Position numbers and translations under genes: made by a program. From an uncultured Gammaproteobacteria bacterium (GTDB lineage Bacteria; Patescibacteriota; Patescibacteriia; Magasanikbacterales; UBA922): DNA of 38,232 nucleotides. How positions within the stretch are numbered: position 1 is the first letter of the stretch; every line of letters begins with the position of its first letter. This document shows positions 34,006-38,232 of the stretch, in pieces. The notes beneath the pieces are model-generated. The model was given only the letters and a program-made list of their open reading frames with translations, was not told where the DNA came from and searched no databases. The stretch covers positions 1-38,232 of the forward strand of contig CAZHUL010000002.1 in the NCBI GenBank assembly GCA_964535435.1, read 5' to 3'.

Positions 34006-34033
34006 CCCCGGGGTAGAACCCCGGGGTATTTTT
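34006..34033 (+). terminator. Strong intrinsic terminator (CCCCGGGG-tagaa-CCCCGGGG, then T tract)
   Basis: An 8-bp all-GC stem sits 5 nt after the stop codon and is followed by TATTTTT. Confidence 0.85.
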
Positions 34034-34083
34034 GTAGTAATAGTTTCCGCACCGAGGCAAGCCTCGATGTATTTATTATGAAT

Positions 34084-34113
34084 AAAAATCCGCTTTTAAA
34101 AAGCGGATTTTTT
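34084..34113. terminator. Bidirectional terminator (aaaaATCCGCttttaaaaaGCGGATttttt), serving the DsbA-like gene
   Basis: An inverted repeat is flanked by an A-run and a T-run, 19 nt downstream of the minus-strand stop at 34132. Confidence 0.75.
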
Positions 34114-34131
34114 ATTTAACTTTTTAAATCT

Positions 34132-34890
34132 TTACTTTAAAAATGAATTGATAGCTTGTTCCAAAACGCTGTAAGGTTGTGCTCCAGAAACAGGAACCAT
34201 TTCACCATTTGGTCCAATAATTACACTATATGGTGTTCCTCTTACACCAGCGCTTTGTCCATCCAAGAAATCATCATTTACTGCACTTGCGTATTTATTA
34301 CTGGATACACATTCGTTAAATTTATTAATATCTTTTACACCAACTTGTTTGGCATAATCAGGAATTTTAGCCAGATTCAAACCATCATTTGACGGAGTAA
34401 CCTCATTTATAAGATCAATAAATTCCCAAAATTTACCTTGTTCTCCAGCACATTCTGAAGCATTTGCTTCTGCTCTTGCTTGGCTGTGTAGACTATCAAG
34501 TGGAAAATGCCTGTAAACCCACCTTACGTTATCATCAAAATTTTTCATTACGTCTAGCATTGTAGCATGAAATCTTTTGCAGAAAGGACACTCTAAATCT
34601 GAATATTCCACGATTGTTACTTTTGCATTTTTATCCCCACGGATATTATCATTTTTTTCGTCTACCGCACCTATTGAAACTTCTTGTGTATCTGGTTGAT
34701 TAGCTACAACCGCAACATTTCCGCTATCTACACTCGCTTCTGCCGGAGTAGAACTATTTAAATACAAGCCTAACAAGATAAAAAATCCAATTGTACATAA
34801 AACTAAAATTCCAATCACTAAACCGGAAACAAAAACCTTGCCTGGTGAAAGTGATTCAAAAATAGAATTATTTTTTTGATTGTTTTCCAT
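34132..34890 (-). CDS. Membrane-anchored DsbA-family thioredoxin-fold oxidoreductase
   Basis: An N-terminal TM helix is followed by the thioredoxin motif YSDLECPFCKRFH and by GVRGTPYSVI (cis-Pro loop). The track start at 34896 is TTG, and the ATG is at 34890. Confidence 0.85.
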   Translation of the reverse strand: MENNQKNNSIFESLSPGKVFVSGLVIGILVLCTIGFFILLGLYLNSSTPAEASVDSGNVAVVANQPDTQEVSIGAVDEKNDNIRGDKNAKVTIVEYSDLECPFCKRFHATMLDVMKNFDDNVRWVYRHFPLDSLHSQARAEANASECAGEQGKFWEFIDLINEVTPSNDGLNLAKIPDYAKQVGVKDINKFNECVSSNKYASAVNDDFLDGQSAGVRGTPYSVIIGPNGEMVPVSGAQPYSVLEQAINSFLK

Positions 34891-34961
34891 ATGCAAAATG
34901 ATTAAATATATAAAGGAATATAATTATAACATTGTTGAAAAAATAAAAGCAAATAATTAAA

Positions 34962-35936
34962 TTAACCCTTATACTTTTTTGGTTTAAAACTACTATATTC
35001 ACTGCACATTTTTTCTATATCTTCTAAATTTAATAAACCGGATTGTGCACCAACATGCTGAACAACTGAAGATGAATTAAATGAACCCCAACACATTGCT
35101 GTTTTTATGTTATGTCCCAAAATCAAAGCACCAACAAAAGCAGTAGTATAAGCATCCCCCGCTCCAGTTCTCTCTACAACAGGAGTATCAAAAATTCCCA
35201 AATTATACATTTCTTCGCCATCATAAGTATAAGAACCTTTTGGACCATCTGTTATTACAACCTTTTTTACTCCTAAATTATAAAATTCTTTTAATGAATC
35301 CGCTATATTTCCATCGTTTTTTAGTAAAGTCTCTGCTTCGTATCTATTAACAGACAAAACTTCTGTAACGGCTAAAAGTGGTTTTAAAATTTTTAAACCT
35401 TCTTTTATTTGATAAGTTCCCGGATTAAATGCCAACTTTACACCACTCTTTTTTATATAATTTACAATTTGTTTATGTAAAACTTCGTGCCCACTAGCCA
35501 AAGAAGTAAAATAAACCCATTTTGTTTTTCCAAATCTTGGCAAATTATATGTGCGAGGTTCGTGATAAACCAAAATAGTTCTCTCTCCATCAAAATTTAA
35601 AACTGTTGAATAATTTGTGCCCTTTTCTTTATCAAATTTCAAAAACTTACAACTAACTTTTTCTCTCTGAAAATTTTTCTTTGCTTCTGTACCAGGTATG
35701 TCCTTTCCAACTATAGTATAAATAGCTGTTTTTAATCCCAAACGAGCTGAACCAACAGCATTGTTGGCAGCATTCCCAACCCCATACAAACGAAACATCT
35801 TATTTACCGGAATTTTGTTTGCGTAATCTACACAAAACTGACAGATTTCTTTTTTTATAGTGCAATTTACAGTAGCTTGATCTATTTCCAAAAAAACATC
35901 TGTGGTTGTGTCGCCTATTGAAATTATGTCGTACAT
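34962..35936 (-). CDS. PfkB-family carbohydrate/nucleoside kinase
   Basis: GVGNAANNAVGSARLG (GG motif region) and ERTGAGDAYTTAFVGAL (PfkB signature 2) are present. Confidence 0.85.
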   Translation of the reverse strand: MYDIISIGDTTTDVFLEIDQATVNCTIKKEICQFCVDYANKIPVNKMFRLYGVGNAANNAVGSARLGLKTAIYTIVGKDIPGTEAKKNFQREKVSCKFLKFDKEKGTNYSTVLNFDGERTILVYHEPRTYNLPRFGKTKWVYFTSLASGHEVLHKQIVNYIKKSGVKLAFNPGTYQIKEGLKILKPLLAVTEVLSVNRYEAETLLKNDGNIADSLKEFYNLGVKKVVITDGPKGSYTYDGEEMYNLGIFDTPVVERTGAGDAYTTAFVGALILGHNIKTAMCWGSFNSSSVVQHVGAQSGLLNLEDIEKMCSEYSSFKPKKYKG

Positions 35937-35999
35937 AGAATAGATGAATTATTTTATATAATCATCATACCAAATTTAATTTAAAAATTAAAACTTTTT

Positions 36000-36028
36000 T
36001 TGACAGTTGAAAAATAAAGTAATAAGAT
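36000..36028 (+). promoter_or_regulatory. Promoter of the HAD-purB fusion gene (TTGACA-17-TAAGAT)
   Basis: The plus strand reads TTGACAgttgaaaaataaagtaaTAAGAT, 32 nt upstream of the ATG. Confidence 0.55.
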
Positions 36029-36060
36029 AAAATCTCTTATAAATAACCCTAAAAAATATT

Positions 36061-38211
36061 ATGGATATGTATAATAAAAAAATACGGGCTTTACTTTTTG
36101 ATGCGGATAATACACTATTTGCTTCTCACAAAAGCATAAAGAACATATTAAGGACTACCATACAAAAATTAAAAGAAGTTGGTGATATACATGTAGTAGA
36201 GCCAGCAGAGTTAGAAATTGATAATGTTTTAAAAGTAAATATACCATTTGAGGAAATTTTTCAAAGACTTTTTCCTGGTCAATATAATACTAAAAATATT
36301 TGGGAAATTATTTTAGAAAAATATCGTGAACTTGCTCCAGAAATTCCATACTTTGCTACACCACACGCAGTAGAAACTATTAAAGAACTAAAAAAACAAG
36401 GCTTTGTTTTAGGAATTGTGACAGCAAGGGTAAACATGGTAGATGTTCGTTTAGAACAATGTGGTTTTAATATGAATGATTTTTCTTTTATCTCAACTCC
36501 GGAAGATCAAGAATTTAAAAAACCGCATCCAAAAGCATTTGGGCCGGCACTTACAAAACTAAAAGAAATGGGTATACAAAAAAGTGAGGTAGTAATGTTT
36601 GGCGATCATTTTGACGACTATTTTTCCGCAAAAGGACAAGGTTTAAATTTTATTGCAGTTTTGCAAGGAATGATTTCAAAAGAAGAATTTATTGCAGAAG
36701 GTTTGGAAGAAAATTTAGTTATAAATAATTTAGGATCTTTACACGAAACATTGGAATATTTATACAAAAGAAACATTTACAAAAAATCTTTATCAAACAG
36801 TTCTGCGCTAGATGGAAGACATGGTTTTATGACTGCAGAACTTCAACAATTTACTTCTGAGCACGCACTTCACAAAAATCGTATAAAAGCAGAAATTGAA
36901 CATGTAATTGCTTTAAGTGAATTTTTTAATGGCGAAATTGTTAGAGAACTTTTGGAAGAGGAAAAAGAATTTTTAAGAGGATTATACAAAAACTTTTCTG
37001 TTGAAAATGCCTACGAAGTTTTGCAATACGACCACTTAGGAAGAAACGGAATTGGCCCAACAGAACATGACGTAAAATCTTGTGAAATCTGGATTCAAGA
37101 AAAATTAAAAGGAACTTCAACAGAAGATATTTCATCTTTTGTTCATATTTTCTTAACTTCTGAAGATATAAATAACTTGGCATACAAAACAATGTTGCGA
37201 GGTGCTTTGCAAGAAGTTTTTGTTCCAAATATGCATTTAATTGCAGACAAACTAAAAGAATTAGCACAAAAACATTCTGGCGACACAGTGATGGGAAGGA
37301 CACATATTCAACCAGCCTCCCCTACTACTTTTGGGAAAATATTTGGTGTTTATTTATCTAGGCTCACAGATTCATTAGAAAGAATGAACACACTAAAATT
37401 TACAGGAAAAGTAAACGGGGCGGTTGGAAACTACAATACTTTTGTGGCAGCTTATCCACAATACGACTGGATTTCATACTCAAAAGAATTATGTTCTAGA
37501 ATGGGATTTAATACAGAATTAATTACAGACCAAAGAGGAGCTCATCTAGATATGATTCGTGCTTTTTCTACTGTTCAGGAAATAAACAACACTCTTAGAG
37601 ATTTGGCCACAGACCTTTCACTTTATGCAGCACTTGGAACAATGTATTTTTCCAAAGTTGAGTCCCACGTTGGCTCATCTGTAATGCCACACAAAATAAA
37701 CCCTTGGTTTGCGGAGGTTGCAGAAGGAAATACCAAGAAAGCAAACTACCAAATAAACACAATTACAAACGAATTAGACGTTTCTAGATTGCAAAGAGAT
37801 TTATCTGACCATGATTATGAAAGATCATACGGAGAAGCTTTGGGGTATGTGCTTGTGGCAATAGAACATTTAAAAATAGCTCTAGATCTTGTAAGAGCAA
37901 ACACAGAATTTGCCAAAGAAGAATTAGAAGCAAATTACCAAGTTGTTACAGAAGCTATTCAAACAATTTTAAGAAAGTATGGAGATGACCAAGCTTATTC
38001 TTTATTAAAAACTCACTTTAGAGGAAAACAAGTGACTGCCGAAGAAATTGAATTATTTATAACCGGACTAAATGTAAAAGAAGAAATAAAAGAAGAATTA
38101 AGAGCGGTTTCACATCCAGCAAAATACACTGGACTTGCAGAAGAATTAGCAAAACTAACAATTCAAAAATACGAAAATTACAGACAAAATATAAGATTAC
38201 AAAAAATATAA
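36061..38211 (+). CDS. purB: Fusion protein: N-terminal HAD-superfamily phosphatase (~240 aa) plus C-terminal adenylosuccinate lyase (PurB, E. coli type)
   Basis: The HAD motifs are I LLFDADNTLF, II GIVTAR, III KKPHP and IV FGDHFDD. From about residue 241 the PurB blocks follow: LDGRHG, LTSEDINN, GRTHIQPASPTTFGK, NGAVGNYN, GSSVMPHKINP and SRLQRDLSD. Confidence 0.88.
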   Translation: MDMYNKKIRALLFDADNTLFASHKSIKNILRTTIQKLKEVGDIHVVEPAELEIDNVLKVNIPFEEIFQRLFPGQYNTKNIWEIILEKYRELAPEIPYFATPHAVETIKELKKQGFVLGIVTARVNMVDVRLEQCGFNMNDFSFISTPEDQEFKKPHPKAFGPALTKLKEMGIQKSEVVMFGDHFDDYFSAKGQGLNFIAVLQGMISKEEFIAEGLEENLVINNLGSLHETLEYLYKRNIYKKSLSNSSALDGRHGFMTAELQQFTSEHALHKNRIKAEIEHVIALSEFFNGEIVRELLEEEKEFLRGLYKNFSVENAYEVLQYDHLGRNGIGPTEHDVKSCEIWIQEKLKGTSTEDISSFVHIFLTSEDINNLAYKTMLRGALQEVFVPNMHLIADKLKELAQKHSGDTVMGRTHIQPASPTTFGKIFGVYLSRLTDSLERMNTLKFTGKVNGAVGNYNTFVAAYPQYDWISYSKELCSRMGFNTELITDQRGAHLDMIRAFSTVQEINNTLRDLATDLSLYAALGTMYFSKVESHVGSSVMPHKINPWFAEVAEGNTKKANYQINTITNELDVSRLQRDLSDHDYERSYGEALGYVLVAIEHLKIALDLVRANTEFAKEELEANYQVVTEAIQTILRKYGDDQAYSLLKTHFRGKQVTAEEIELFITGLNVKEEIKEELRAVSHPAKYTGLAEELAKLTIQKYENYRQNIRLQKI

Positions 38212-38232
38212 AAAAGAAAAACCACCGAATGT

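Noticed and set aside
34006-34026. The duplicated CCCCGGGG octamer as a repeat element or restriction-related signal.
   Set aside because: The two copies are 5 nt apart, are self-complementary, and are followed by a T tract directly after a stop codon. A simple intrinsic terminator explains them fully.
1-38232. CRISPR arrays, tandem repeats, IS elements, prophage genes, toxin-antitoxin pairs, restriction-modification genes or known defence systems.
   Set aside because: No intergenic gap exceeds about 165 nt, and no regularly spaced repeats are visible. No ORF shows transposase, integrase, Cas, methyltransferase or nuclease-toxin motifs that I can recognise.
1-38232. Alternative genetic code (UGA recoding, as in some candidate phyla).
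   Set aside because: Conserved proteins (GltX, SufB, SufS, AlaRS, MnmA, ribosomal proteins) are full length under code 11. TGA is used as a genuine stop, for example by yvcK at 19143-19145, overlapping the next ATG.

Overview
This is an AT-rich (about 30% GC by eye), very gene-dense bacterial window with standard code 11. About 50 genes are present and roughly 85% lie on the minus strand. Small proteins, tiny or overlapping intergenic gaps and the gene content point to a streamlined Patescibacteria/CPR-type genome. That content includes a C39-like peptidase, a DUF2914-like protein, a polytopic membrane protein with TPR repeats, a YvcK homologue and a minimal SUF system. The taxonomic call is an inference, not a search result.

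Content from left to right:
- a partial P-type ATPase and tRNA-Lys(UUU)
- an M50 protease, a TagA/WecG-family transferase and gltX
- a 10-gene Fe-S biogenesis operon (Rrf2 regulator, class-I cysteine desulfurase, sufB, sufD, sufS, sufU, sufC, DUF59, two ferredoxins) with a divergent FNR-like flavoprotein
- a block of exported or membrane hypotheticals
- a DEDDy exonuclease, a glutaredoxin-like protein, a C39-like peptidase, yvcK and a HAD hydrolase
- a contiguous infA-rpmJ-rpsM-rpsK-rpsD-rpoA-rplQ-rplM-rpsI cluster
- a long co-directional run: VirD4/TraD-like ATPase, TPR membrane protein, two small membrane proteins, mnmA, a polytopic membrane protein, alaS and gtrA
- a DsbA-like protein, a PfkB kinase and a HAD-adenylosuccinate lyase fusion

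I found no CRISPR array, transposase, integrase, rRNA, or recognisable defence or toxin-antitoxin genes.

The most notable observations are:
- an orphan, anchor-less VirD4/TraD-like ATPase tightly coupled to a giant TPR membrane protein, with a divergent unknown gene; this is my best candidate for an undescribed module, but it rests on gene context only
- an RpoA that lacks the alpha C-terminal domain and carries a Lys-rich tail instead
- a chimeric cymR/yrvO-like plus SUF plus ferredoxin operon with a clear operator palindrome
- an AlaRS without the C-Ala domain
- a HAD-PurB fusion next to a PfkB kinase
- unusually canonical TTGACA-17-TAnnnT and extended -10 promoters, contrasted with few recognisable Shine-Dalgarno sites

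All family calls come from motif recognition by eye. No HMM or BLAST search was possible.
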